64,000 bases of DNA from Candidatus Thorarchaeota archaeon. GTDB taxonomy: Archaea; Asgardarchaeota; Thorarchaeia; Thorarchaeales; Thorarchaeaceae. This document shows, one piece after another, positions 12,273 to 23,132 of this stretch; positions within the stretch are counted from its first letter, which is position 1; every line of letters begins with the position of its first letter. Location: assembly GCA_963726195.1 (NCBI GenBank), contig CAVSBO010000004.1:1-64000 (forward strand). Direction: 5' to 3'. Both the position numbers and the translations under genes were made by a program. The notes beneath the pieces are model-generated. The model saw only the letters and a list, made by a program, of their open reading frames with translations, was not told the origin of the DNA and made no database searches.

Positions 12273-12312
12273 GGAATCCGTCCCTAAGACGGGTTCCTCC
12301 TCTTTTTTCTTT
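12273..12312 (+). terminator. Hairpin plus T tract after surface protein gene 2
   Basis: GGAATCCGTC-CCTAA-GACGGGTTCC followed by TCCTCTTTTTTCTTT. Confidence 0.65.
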
Positions 12313-12531
12313 GAAATCGAGTTGTCACGCTCTCATTTAGCCACCAGATCAAGCGCTGCCATACCCCAGGGCTGTCAGAACCAGTCCCTGACCCGAAGTG
12401 TCATCGTCCTAGTGCCAATTAACCATCGACTGAGACGATACTCGCTCAGCGGGAAACCTGCGACAAGTCATAGCCTATCAGAGGCCATACAGGTCCTCAG
12501 ACTTGTAAATAGGCCCGCGTGGTTGGTCTGA

Positions 12532-13158
12532 TTAGGATTTGGTGATACGGCTTAGCATTCCCTTGTGATGAAGGAGATTGATGACCCAGATCCAGCCAAT
12601 TGCAGTACCTGCTGTAAGAATCTCAGGTATTGCGTCGCCCGTCCATGGAGGAGCCGGTCCGAAATATGCTGTCCACAGATAGAGCGACACGAATGGCAAC
12701 AGGAAAGAGATTAGACAGAACCACCAAAGATTCCGGAACCTGAGCCAGCTGAGGGCGATAGCCCACATTGCAAAGGGGAATGTGGCGAAAAACCCCACTG
12801 ATACGTAGAAGTGCAGTGTTCCGAAGTTCTCAGAGAATACTCCGATGCAAACAAGGAAACCGAGTGAGATTACCAGTATTATCAGCGCCAGTCTGGTGGG
12901 CCCGTCTTTTAATTGCTTGAACATGGTCACGATGTAGTACATCATCAACAGGCTGGTCGTGATTAGGCCAGTATTGAAAACCACGGCCGCGGCCAAACCG
13001 TTGGAATAGTTGCCCAAGTCGCTGAGCGCGTTATTGCTCCAAGCGAACCACGGAGACATGGCGATGGCAGTGAAGATGCAAACCAGAGCGACAAACGGGC
13101 CGACGAAGCCAATCAATTCAGGCATTCCGAGCCCCTTGATTCCCTTGCTGGTGGACAT
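12532..13158 (-). CDS. DUF998-family integral membrane protein
   Basis: SPWFAWSNNALSDLG, FNTGLI, LVCIGVFSE..GTLHFYVSVGFF, AIPE; multiple TM helices. Confidence 0.8.
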   Translation of the reverse strand: MSTSKGIKGLGMPELIGFVGPFVALVCIFTAIAMSPWFAWSNNALSDLGNYSNGLAAAVVFNTGLITTSLLMMYYIVTMFKQLKDGPTRLALIILVISLGFLVCIGVFSENFGTLHFYVSVGFFATFPFAMWAIALSWLRFRNLWWFCLISFLLPFVSLYLWTAYFGPAPPWTGDAIPEILTAGTAIGWIWVINLLHHKGMLSRITKS

Positions 13159-13278
13159 AGGGTCTTGCGAGTTTGCGAGCAATATAAGAATACTCGTTCT
13201 TGGCGGTTATGGAGTTCTGTGGTAAGGCCGGAAACCTCATCTTGGTTTGCTAAGGTAATAGAGAGTGAGGAACTAAGA

Positions 13279-13620
13279 GTGTCTGAGCCAGTTACCTGCC
13301 CGGAGTGCGGCGCCTCAGTAACAGCCCGCAAGCCAGGGGATTTTGACCAATCAATCAAGTTGCGGTGCCAGTCGTGCGGCGCAGTGTTCGAGTACATCCC
13401 GGGATTTGGATCGTTTTCGGAACAAGGTAATGAGGGCAGGGCGGCGTACGGTGGGAGCTTTCCGAGCCGTGATTCCGGAGATTTGAACTATGGATACGAA
13501 CCGGGTGCCGATATTCAGACTGGCGGCGGCGCTGGCGGGGGTGTCGCGATAGCATGCTGCCTCCTCCTCGCTTTCATGTTACCATTGTTCTATGCTCTGT
13601 TCATGGTTATTGCACCCTGA
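13279..13620 (+). CDS. Small zinc-ribbon protein with Gly-rich linker and C-terminal TM helix
   Basis: CPECG...CQSCG, then a hydrophobic C-terminus; GTG start after GAGG. Confidence 0.65.
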   Translation: MSEPVTCPECGASVTARKPGDFDQSIKLRCQSCGAVFEYIPGFGSFSEQGNEGRAAYGGSFPSRDSGDLNYGYEPGADIQTGGGAGGGVAIACCLLLAFMLPLFYALFMVIAP

Positions 13621-13840
13621 GAGCTGATGCAGGTCTTGCCGTGGCGTAGGTTGCTTTCAATTAGCTTCTCGCATGGGACCCTCTCGTCAACCTGGTCCTG
13701 CATGGCAATCGTCAGCTGGTGCAAGAACAGCAGCAGGCTGAGGCTTGACTAGCGAGCAGCTGTAAGAAGGGCAAAGATAAAAGGAAGGCTTAGTCCTGCC
13801 CGCCAAAAGCTCAGCTGTCGTTCGTAAAAGGTGTTGTCAC

Positions 13841-14756
13841 TTGACAGAGCCAGGGATTGAAGACAAGCGTATCACGCTTGAAGAAGCTGCAAGGATGGTT
13901 CCCGATGGATCTCATCTTTTCTGGGGCGGATTTGGATTCCAAAGAGCGCCCATAGCGTTCGCGAGCGAGCTGAGTAAGACAGAAGAAACGCGACCTCACA
14001 ATCTACACTTGCGGGTCGGAGGTCGACCTCGAGATAATGGTTGGCTCTGGCGTTGCCACACGGTTCGAGATTGCTTTTGTCGCTATAGAGGCATTGGGCC
14101 TTGCAAACAACATGCGGAGAAGAGTTGTCGAAGGGAAAGCACAGGTGGAGGACTACAGCAACCTTGCAATGGCAATGCGATTCCTTGGTGGCGCGCTCAA
14201 TGTTCCTTTCATGCCTATCAGAAGCATGATGGGAACGGACTTGGTCAGGCTGGCTCGATACAGGGGCGACAAGAAGCTCAAGGTGATTGACTGCCCTTTC
14301 ACAGGTGAGAAAATATGCCTAGTACCCTCTGCAAAACCGGACTTCAGCATCGTTCATGTTCAGCGAGTCGACAAGACCGGCAATGCTCAGATAGATGGAA
14401 TCGTGGGCGAGGACCTGGAGGGTGCCCGTTGCGGAAAGAAGCTGATAATCCTAGCAGAAGAGCTAGTTGATGAAGCCGAGATAAGGTCCAGACCTGACCA
14501 GACGAAGATTCCTGCAATGTATGTGAGTCACGTTGTTGTGGCTCCGTTTATCGCTCATCCAGTGATGTGCCACAACTACTATGACTACGACCTAGAGCAC
14601 CTGCAGAATTTTCACAAACTCACAAAGACCGAAGAAGGTTGGCAGGATTATCTCGACAACTTCATTCTCGGCGTTGAGAACCACTACGAGTATCTGAACA
14701 AAGTGGGTTGGGATCACTTGATGAGTTTGCGGGCAAAGAAACCTTGGGGGTATTAA
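13841..14756 (+). CDS. Family I CoA-transferase subunit A (glutaconate CoA-transferase GctA-like); frameshift near 13973
   Basis: ITLEEAARMVPDG...GGFG..RAP; MRFLGGALNVPFMP; CPFTGEKICLVP..KPDFSIVHVQRVDKTGNAQI. Confidence 0.85.
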
Positions 14757-14769
14757 GGAGGAGAGAGAT

Positions 14770-15543
14770 ATGACGAAGTACACCAAGATTGAGTTCCTGA
14801 CGGCTGTTGCTTCAACGCATGTCAAAGATGGTGAGAACGTATTCGGGGGCACCGGGCTTCCGCTGCTGGCCGCGCTACTCGCGAAGGAGACCCATGCGCC
14901 TCATGCTAATCTCCTCTCAGAGGCCGGCTTCATAGACGCTCGTCCCAAGAACGTCCCGCTGTCTGTGGCAGATTCAAGATACTATTATGGTTCTTCTGCA
15001 GCCATTGGCTTGATTGAGACGCTTGGCTTCATTCTTCAGGCAGGTAGGATTGACGTAGGTTTTCTCGGTGCTGCCCAGATTGACGAATATGGGAATCTAA
15101 ACACGACATACATAGGTCCATTCGACAAGCCGAAAGTCAAACTTCCTGGCAGTGGCGGAGGCAATGACATCGCATCTTCTGCAAAGCGCTTGATCATAAT
15201 CATGACTCACGACAAGAGGAAGTTCGTCAAGAAGCTGGATTACCTCACAAGTCCCGGTCATCTTGAAGGACCGGGGTCAAGGAAGAAGTGGTCGCTTGTC
15301 GGAGGAGGACCCAGTGTTGTGATAACTGACATGTGCCAGTTCGATTTCGACCCCAAGACACTCAAGATTAGACTGATGTCCGTTCACCCGGGCGTCACCG
15401 TGAAGGACGTTCTTGAGAATGTAATGTTTGACGTCATCGTACCTGACCGTGTGCCGACGACAAAGGAGCCCAGTCAGCAGCAAATCGATATCATGCACCG
15501 CTTGGACCCTCATGGGATATACCTATCCAAGGGTGGAGAGTAG
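14770..15543 (+). CDS. Family I CoA-transferase subunit B (GctB-like)
   Basis: GTGLP...THAP...EAG; IDVGFLGAAQIDEYGNLNTT; LPGSGGGNDIAS; DYLTSPG; GGGPSVVITD; SVHPGVT. Confidence 0.9.
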   Translation: MTKYTKIEFLTAVASTHVKDGENVFGGTGLPLLAALLAKETHAPHANLLSEAGFIDARPKNVPLSVADSRYYYGSSAAIGLIETLGFILQAGRIDVGFLGAAQIDEYGNLNTTYIGPFDKPKVKLPGSGGGNDIASSAKRLIIIMTHDKRKFVKKLDYLTSPGHLEGPGSRKKWSLVGGGPSVVITDMCQFDFDPKTLKIRLMSVHPGVTVKDVLENVMFDVIVPDRVPTTKEPSQQQIDIMHRLDPHGIYLSKGGE

Positions 15544-15562
15544 TTCGGAGTCTGCCACCAGA

Positions 15563-16309
15563 GTGAACAGTTTTGATTTCAACGCCTACCGTGCCGTGCT
15601 CTTCGACCTCGACTCAACACTCATAGATACCAAGAGATATCCATTGAAGGGAAGCGAGTGGCTGCTAGCAAAGTGCGTTCCTGACCCATCCACGATTCTC
15701 GAGTCTTACGTCAGGGAACTTCTAAGAAACTACTACACGGCGATAGAACGGATAGTCAATGGCGCGCCATACAAGGATCCATTCGAACTCGTGAAAGCCG
15801 CAATCAAGGCGACTTTGAAGACTTTGGGCATGAATGTAAAGCCATCCTTAGTCGATGAAGCCACCAGGATTTTCAGGCAGCTCCATCTGGACCTTTCCGA
15901 AGCTTGCCCCGGAGTGCCGTCACTGCTTGAACGCCTCAGAGACAAAGGAGTAAGAATGGCAATCGTCAGCAACTCGTTCGACGGACACACAAGAGCCATC
16001 ATGGAGAAGCTCGGTCTCTCGCAGTTCTTTGACGTAATGGTCGACTCAGGTGACGTTAGGGCCTACAAGCCCATGCGCGAACCATTTGAATATGCACTCA
16101 GGGGACTCGATGCAGAACCATCAACAGCCGTGTATGTAGGAGACGAATTCTATGCAGATGTCGTGGGCGCACATTGGGCAGGCATCCAATCCGTCTGGGT
16201 GAACTCCCGAGGTCACTCTCTTGAAGACTCGCTGGCGCGATATGGTCCGGAAAACGCTCCACTCGTCGTTTTGAAATCGGTGTCAGACTTGTCATCATAT
16301 CTTCGATGA
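15563..16309 (+). CDS. HAD-superfamily hydrolase
   Basis: Motif I AVLFDLDSTL, motif II IVSN, KP, and motif IV YVGDEFYADVVGA. Confidence 0.9.
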   Translation: MNSFDFNAYRAVLFDLDSTLIDTKRYPLKGSEWLLAKCVPDPSTILESYVRELLRNYYTAIERIVNGAPYKDPFELVKAAIKATLKTLGMNVKPSLVDEATRIFRQLHLDLSEACPGVPSLLERLRDKGVRMAIVSNSFDGHTRAIMEKLGLSQFFDVMVDSGDVRAYKPMREPFEYALRGLDAEPSTAVYVGDEFYADVVGAHWAGIQSVWVNSRGHSLEDSLARYGPENAPLVVLKSVSDLSSYLR

Positions 16310-16408
16310 GCCGCAAGCTCATTCGGCCAACTACGTACGCGAATCACATATTAGGAATGTACAACCTTACTCGGTTGGCTTATGTGATTAGAGGAGTCTG
16401 TATCGACC

Positions 16409-16858
16409 TTGACGAAAGACGAGGACACTGAAAGCCCACTGCGTGCTCGATCAGACCTAGTAGACATTCTGAAACGCAATCCTCAGAATACTGAGGCGAT
16501 AGTGGCAGTCATTGAGACCGAACTGCGCGGAATCAAGGATTCCCAGTCTCGTTCACAAGTGTCCAGTGCTCTATCCAAGGCCGCCAAGAAGGCATCTGTC
16601 AACAAGAAGGTTGTTGACAACGTACTACATTGGCTTACAGAGACAAGCCCCGATGTGCGACAAATGATCTTGATTCGCACGATTGAGGATCTCTTGAATG
16701 ATAGCCAGTCGCGCGCTGCAACATTGGCAGCTCTTTCCAGAGTCTCAACCGACGAGAATGTTAAGACCGTAATGGAATGGGTGAAGAGAGGAGTAATGAC
16801 CACGAATCAGGCCGTCTACGTGCTCCTCTACCCGGAGTCTTCGACGGCATTGAAGTGA
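16409..16858 (+). CDS. Hypothetical all-alpha protein
   Basis: Clean 149-codon ORF with GAGGAG RBS and amphipathic helical pattern; no recognisable motif. Confidence 0.7.
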   Translation: MTKDEDTESPLRARSDLVDILKRNPQNTEAIVAVIETELRGIKDSQSRSQVSSALSKAAKKASVNKKVVDNVLHWLTETSPDVRQMILIRTIEDLLNDSQSRAATLAALSRVSTDENVKTVMEWVKRGVMTTNQAVYVLLYPESSTALK

Positions 16859-16989
16859 TTTGTGAGAATCTGCTGCGCTTCGGAAGCCAATAGCAGCAGG
16901 AACTGGCATTCGATTCATCTGCGAAATGGAAAGCCTTTATATCACAGCCTCAAGTTTCGTCATGTAGACCATAAGCTTGAGGTGGGTCC

Positions 16990-17391
16990 TTGAGTTCATC
17001 CAAGAAGATTCGTGTGCTTGTTGCAAAACCCGGCCTTGATGGCCACGATCGTGGGGCGAAGGTAGTGGCGAGAGCGCTCCGCGATGCAGGCATGGAAGTC
17101 ATCTACACAGGACTTCGACAGACCCCCGAAATGATTGCTGAGGCCGCCATTCAGGAATCTGTTCAAGTTGTCGGACTGAGCATTCTCAGCGGTGCTCACA
17201 ATGCTCTCCTGCCCAAGGTGACAGAGCTGCTCCGGAAGGAGGGCGCGGAGGATGTCTTGGTAATTGCGGGCGGCATCATCCCTGAAGACGACATACCTGG
17301 GCTGAAAGCTGCTGGCATAGCCGAGGTCTTTGGTCCGGGCACACCTCTGTCCGAGATTGTGGACTACATCAAGGCTCATGTCAAGCTTTAG
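16990..17391 (+). CDS. Acyl-CoA mutase small subunit (cobalamin-binding domain)
   Basis: [12 protein letters not shown] (DxHxxG), [19 protein letters not shown]. Confidence 0.95.
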   Translation: MSSSKKIRVLVAKPGLDGHDRGAKVVARALRDAGMEVIYTGLRQTPEMIAEAAIQESVQVVGLSILSGAHNALLPKVTELLRKEGAEDVLVIAGGIIPEDDIPGLKAAGIAEVFGPGTPLSEIVDYIKAHVKL

Positions 17392-17400
17392 AACCCGATT

Positions 17401-18408
17401 GTGAGGACGGCCGCGTTGCCAGTCAAAGAGTTGGTAGAGGGAGTACTTCAAGGTGATAGGAGGTCTCTCGCGCATCTCATATCACTAATCGAGGATGAGG
17501 ACCCTTCAGCCGCGGGCGCCATGAGCCAGCTTTACAGGCATACCGGAAGAGCACACATCATAGGAGTGACCGGTCCACCCGGTTCTGGTAAGAGCACTCT
17601 CGTTGACCGTCTGACAACAGAGTATCGGAAACGCGACAAGACGTTGGGGATTGTATGCGTTGACCCCTCGAGCCCGTTCACGGGTGGAGCTTTGCTTGGT
17701 GATCGAATCAGAATGCAGGGTCACGCGCTTGACAGAGATGTGTTCGTCAGGAGTATGGGCACAAGAGGTCATCTTGGCGGATTGGCTAGGGCCACATCGG
17801 ATGCGGTTCGGGCCATGGATGCTTTTGGAAAGGACATAATCATCGTTGAGACCGTAGGAGCCGGCCAGTCAGAAGTTGAAGTGATAGACCTCGCTCACAC
17901 GATTCTTGTTATTGATGTCCCTGCGGCCGGAGACGACATTCAGGCAATTAAGGCGGGCATCATGGAGATTGCGGATATCTTTGTTGTGAACAAGTCTGAT
18001 TTGCCCGGCGCTGATAAGAAGGCGACTGAGATCAACGCGATGCTCGACACAGACCCTCGTGAACGTGTGTGGCGCCCACCGGTACTGATGACCAATGCGA
18101 GAGCGGGCGAGGGGATTGTAGAGCTCGTGGACAACATTGCAGAGCATCGCAAGTACCTTGAGGACAGCGGTTTGCTCGCCCAGAAGGGCCTCCAGAGGAG
18201 TCGTGATGAACTGAGAACGATTATGGGCTACAAGCTCACCCGAGAGCTGATGGAGAAGCTCGAGGGGCGACCCGAGTACGAACAAGCATTGAGGAAAATC
18301 GCGGAGAGGGACGACGACCCATATTCGGTTGCTGAGCGGCTGATAGCCGAATTCTTGGTTGACTATGGAAGGTCGGTGAAGGAGAATGACAAGAGAAAAC
18401 GACGTTGA
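17401..18408 (+). CDS. meaB: Methylmalonyl-CoA mutase-associated GTPase MeaB/ArgK
   Basis: [65 protein letters not shown]. Confidence 0.95.
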   Translation: MRTAALPVKELVEGVLQGDRRSLAHLISLIEDEDPSAAGAMSQLYRHTGRAHIIGVTGPPGSGKSTLVDRLTTEYRKRDKTLGIVCVDPSSPFTGGALLGDRIRMQGHALDRDVFVRSMGTRGHLGGLARATSDAVRAMDAFGKDIIIVETVGAGQSEVEVIDLAHTILVIDVPAAGDDIQAIKAGIMEIADIFVVNKSDLPGADKKATEINAMLDTDPRERVWRPPVLMTNARAGEGIVELVDNIAEHRKYLEDSGLLAQKGLQRSRDELRTIMGYKLTRELMEKLEGRPEYEQALRKIAERDDDPYSVAERLIAEFLVDYGRSVKENDKRKRR

Positions 18409-20057
18409 GGCAGACTTCAAGCAGTGGGAAGAGGAGACCGTTTCCAAAACACTGAGCAAGTTCCCCGAACGCTCGGAGAAATTCGAGACAATCTCGGGTG
18501 TTGGGGTGAACAGATTGTATACGCCTCTTGACACCAAAGGCATAGACTACCGTGAGTCTCTCGGATTTCCCGGCGAGTATCCCTTCACACGCGGCGTGCA
18601 GCCTACTATGTATCGAGGCCGCCTGTGGACAATGCGGCAGTACAGTGGATTTGGCACTGCCCGCGAGACCAACCAGCGCTTTCGTTTCTTACTTGAACAA
18701 GGTCAAACCGGTCTTTCCGTGGCCTTTGATCTGCCGACTCAAATCGGATACGATTCAGACCACCCGATGGCTCGGGGCGAGGTTGGCAAGGTCGGCGCTG
18801 CAATTGATTCGCTCGCTGACATGGAAGTTCTCTTTGATTCTATACCCCTTGACAAGGTAAGCACATCAATGACAATCAATGCCCCTGCGGCAGTGCTCCT
18901 TGCTATGTATATCGCAGTTGGAGAGAAGCAAGGAGTTCCGATGGCAAAGCTCCGAGGGACAATTCAGAATGATATCTTGAAGGAGTACATAGCCAGAGGA
19001 ACTTACATATTTCCTCCAAAGCCTTCCATGCGTCTCATTACTGACATTTTCAAGTTCTGTTCCGATAACATGCCACAATGGAATACAATCTCAATCTCTG
19101 GATACCACATACGGGAGGCTGGCTCCACTGCTGCCCAAGAAGTGGCTTTCACTCTGGCGAATGGTATCGCCTACGTGGACGCAGCAGTGAATGCCCATCT
19201 CGATATTGACTCCTTTGCGTCTCGCTTGTCCTTCTTCTTCGGGTCACACAGTGATTTCTTCGAGGAAGTCGCCAAGTTCAGAGCAGCTCGTCGGCTGTGG
19301 GCACGTATCATGAGAGACCGATTCAAGGCGCGCGACCCTGAGTCTTGGAAGATGCGATTCCACACCCAGACTGCAGGATGCACGTTGACTGCTCAGCAAC
19401 CCGATAACAACGTTGTCAGAGTCACCCTGCAAGCTCTCCAAGCGGTGCTAGGAGGAACTCAGTCCTTGCACACGAATTCGCGTGATGAGGCGCTTTCGCT
19501 GCCAACCGAGCAGTCCGTCCAGATTGCACTTCGGACTCAGCAGATTATTGCCTATGAGACCGGCGTTGCTGATACGATTGATCCGCTTGCTGGCTCCTAC
19601 TATGTCGAGAGCCTAACCGACGAGATTGAGCGAAAGGCCCGCGAATACATCGACATGATTGATGGAATGGGCGGGGCAGTCACGGCAATCGAGCAGGGAT
19701 TTCCGCAAAGAGAAATCCATGACAGCGCATTCGAATTCCAGAGAAGGGTTGATGCTCAGAAAAGGGTCGTTGTTGGCATCAACATGTTTGCCGAAAAGGG
19801 GAAACAGAAACTCGAGTACCTCAAGGTTAACCCAGAGGTAGAGAGGGAACAAGTGGCGGCAGTCAAGAAGGTGAGGGCGAAGCGAAGTCCCGGACCTTGG
19901 AAAGACGCCATGAAAGGTCTCAAGACGGCGGCCCAGAGCAACACAAACCTGATGCCGGCAATAATCGCGGCAGTCAAGGCTCAGGCGACTGTAGGCGAGA
20001 TATGTGATGCATTCAGGCAGCATTTGGGGCGAGTATAAGGCTCCTGACATGATGTAG
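18386..20057 (+). CDS. mcmA: Methylmalonyl-CoA mutase large subunit; probable frameshift near 20018 (corrected C-terminus [10 protein letters not shown])
   Basis: [10 protein letters not shown] (Tyr), [20 protein letters not shown] (Arg), SGYHIREAG; flanked by the B12 subunit, meaB and epimerase. Confidence 0.92.
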
Positions 20058-20071
20058 AGAGGTGTTAGGCT

Positions 20072-20477
20072 ATGATACAGAAGAAGATAGATCACATCGG
20101 GATTGCAGTCACAAGCATTAAGGAAGCACTTCCCTATTACAAGGACGTACTGGGACTCGAATACACAGGTTCTGAAGAAGTCGCCGAGCAGAAGGTCCGA
20201 GTCGCCTTTCTCAAGATAGGGGAGAGTCGGTTTGAGCTCTTGGAGCCAACTTCGCCTGACAGTCCGATTGCGAAATTCCTTGAAACGCGCGGACTCTGGA
20301 ATTCACCACATCGGAGTGAAAGTGTCTGACATCCAAGCATCTCTCTCAGATCACAAGAAGGCCGGGTCCAAGCTGATTGACAACGAGCCCCGCGTTGGCG
20401 CACACAAGATGAAAATCGCTTTTGTTCATCCCAAGAGCACATCTGGAGTCCTACTGGAGCTGTGTCAAGAGCCATAG
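20072..20477 (+). CDS. mce: Methylmalonyl-CoA epimerase; frameshift near 20295
   Basis: IDHIGIAV...EQKVRVAF...ELLEP...GIHHI...AFVHPKSTSGVLLELCQ. Confidence 0.93.
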
Positions 20478-20534
20478 CTCAAGGAGATGGCGGGATACTG
20501 TCGTTCTGGTCAAAGACCGGGTGCCGAAGACCCC

Positions 20535-21591
20535 CTAGCGAGTCTGAAGCGATTTCGCGGCATCCTCGACAGCTTGAGCTGCTTTGATCATGTCCTCGCG
20601 GGTAACCATTCTGTGAGTGACGAATCGTATGCGTGACCCGTATTCTCCATAAACAAGAACTCCTCGCTTCTTGAGCTCGTCTGAGAACTTCTCAGCATCA
20701 ACGCCCAACTTGTCCAATCGAATGAACAGAATGTTGGTATCAGGTGGGCCTTCAACAACAATCTTCGGAATCTTGGACAGTTTCTCGTAGAGCAGTTGGG
20801 CATTCGCATGGTCTTCCTTCAGGCGAGTGACCATCTTCTCCAACGCGATAATGCCCGGTGCTGCGATTATGCCAGCCTGCCTCATCCCTCCGCCCATCTT
20901 CTTCCTGATTCTGTGCGCCTCGTGGATGAACTCTTCCGAACCTAGGACTAGCGAACCCACTGGTGCAGAGAGCCCCTTGCTGAGACAAATCATAACGCTG
21001 TCCACATCTTTCACCAAGTCCTTTGCTGGAACGTCCAGTGCAACTGCTGCATTGAAGAGGCGTGCACCGTCACAATGTACTTTGAGACCGTGCTCATGTG
21101 CCATCTTCGCGAGACGCGCTCACCTGCTCAGGTCTGATTACGGTTCCTCCAGCGTAGTTGTGAGTGTTCTCAACAACGACCATTGAGGTCCGAGCGTAAT
21201 GAGGGTCATCTGGCTTGATGGCATCGCGAAGAGCCTCTGGAGTTATGTATCCTCTTACGCCTTTGACAGGCATCGGATAGAGACCACCGAACGATGCCAT
21301 TGCTCCTCCCTCGAAAACGAACGAATGGGACAGCTCTTCTACGACGACTTCATCGCCCCTATTGGTCTGAGCGAACAACGAAACAAGATTGCCCTGAGTG
21401 CCAGAAGTCACGAGCAATGCTGCTTCCTTCCCAAGAATCTTGGCAGCCTTCTCCTGAAGCTCATTGACAACCTGATCCTCGCCCGAGACATCATCACCAA
21501 ATCGGCCTGCCTTGTGAGCAGCTACGATTGCATCAATCATTTCGTCGGTTGGTAAGGTGACGGTATCGCTACGAAGGTCAATGGTCTTCAT
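20535..21591 (-). CDS. ltaE: Low-specificity L-threonine aldolase; frameshift near 21115
   Basis: IDLRSDTVTLPT, GDDV, SGTQGNL, ENTHN..GG, HCDGARLFNAAVA, CLSKGLSAPVGS, GGGMRQAG. Confidence 0.93.
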
Positions 21592-21661
21592 GCCCGAGCT
21601 GGTAACTTGACTCGCCGATTTAGCCTTGTGGTATTAGCTTCTTGAGCAATGCATAAAGGCT

Positions 21662-23001
21662 GTGTCATACGCAGCCTCTGCCAACCTCCCCACCAAGGCA
21701 GAGGTGATTCTACTGACCGAGAAAGCAAAGCTTGGCTTCATGGACAAACTCCATCTATTCAGGAGAGACGCCAAGCTGTACATTGCTTCGGTCACAGCCA
21801 GTTCCTTCGCTAACGGGATGAGCGGGGTCATCTTCAACCTTTACCTACTGGAGGCCGGCTATCATGAAGACTTCATTGGATACTTTCTCTCAATATCATT
21901 GTTCGCAACGGCAGGTGTTGCTCTTCTTGCTGGCATGGTGACGGACAGAACCGCCAGGAAGATTATCATAGTTGTAGCTGGCGCAGTATCATTCGTTTCA
22001 GTTGTACTGCAGTACAACACCTTGGATCCGTTTTACCTCGTGGCCTCCCAGGTGTTCTTGGGTGCCTCCAGTGCTTTCACGCAGGTGGCTGTCTCTCCCT
22101 ACTTGACTGACCTCTCCACCGAGGTCGAAAGGACATACCTATTTGGATTCGGCAGCGGGATGGGTCAACTCACTGTGCTGTTTGGCAATCTCTCGGGAGG
22201 GGCTCTTCCAACAATAATGCTAGTCCTCTTCGGACCAGGCTACCGCCTCTTGGACGCGTACAAGCTCACCCTGTGGATAAGCCTCATTCCACTCTTGCTA
22301 TCCATAGTTCTGTTTCTTCCCATGACCCGTGACCGCAGTCCAGAGCGAAAATCCCATTTCGGTTTGAGCAACGTAAAGCACTGGCCATTCATTGGGCGCT
22401 ACACCTTCACCGTCGGTACCGTAGGGCTAGGCGCGGGCATGATTGTCATGTTCTTCAGTCTCTACTTCAAGACCGAATTCGGAGCGAGTGCCGAACTCAT
22501 AGGGCTGATTTTCGCCATCAATACTGCAGTCCTCGCATCGGGCAGCTTCTCGCAGCCGCGATGGCTGATAGGATTGGGAAAGTCAGAACAGTGGTCCTTA
22601 CAGAAGTGATCTCAATCCCCTTCTTGATGAGCTTGTCTTGGGCTCCCGTCCTGAATATCGCCGTGTTTGTGTATGTGTCGCGAAACGTGTTGATGAACAT
22701 GGCTGGTCCGGCTTCCAACGTCTTCTTCATGGAGAGCCTTACGAGGGAAGAGCGGGCGACAGCTGTTGGAGTGGTGCGGACGGTTGATTCCTTTGCACGT
22801 GGAATCGCATCCAATATCACTGGGGAGCTCCTAGTCACGAAGCAGTACAGGACTCCTTACCTATTGGTCACCGTTCTCTATGTGATTTCAGTATTCGCAT
22901 TCTACGGTTTCTTCAGACGTAGTGAGGCGCAGATGCGGGCGCTGCGGGAGACCGAGGTCACTCATGAGGCGAAGCCGGAGGAATCTGCTGATGTCACGTG
23001 A
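21662..23001 (+). CDS. MFS transporter; frameshift near 22548 (true start may be slightly downstream)
   Basis: 12-TM pattern, motif A-like GMVTDRTARK and MADRIGK, FNLYLL..GY, RNVLMNMAGP. Confidence 0.85.
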
Positions 23002-23132
23002 AGTGTCTAGTATCATCGTGTTTCGAATCATCGGGTTCTCGAAGAACGTTGGCAGCAAAGATTCCGAGCTGCAAGGTGCGCTTCTGCGTGCACAAGATGA
23101 TGTGAGCTGTTTGCTTGTCGCATAAAGGTTAA

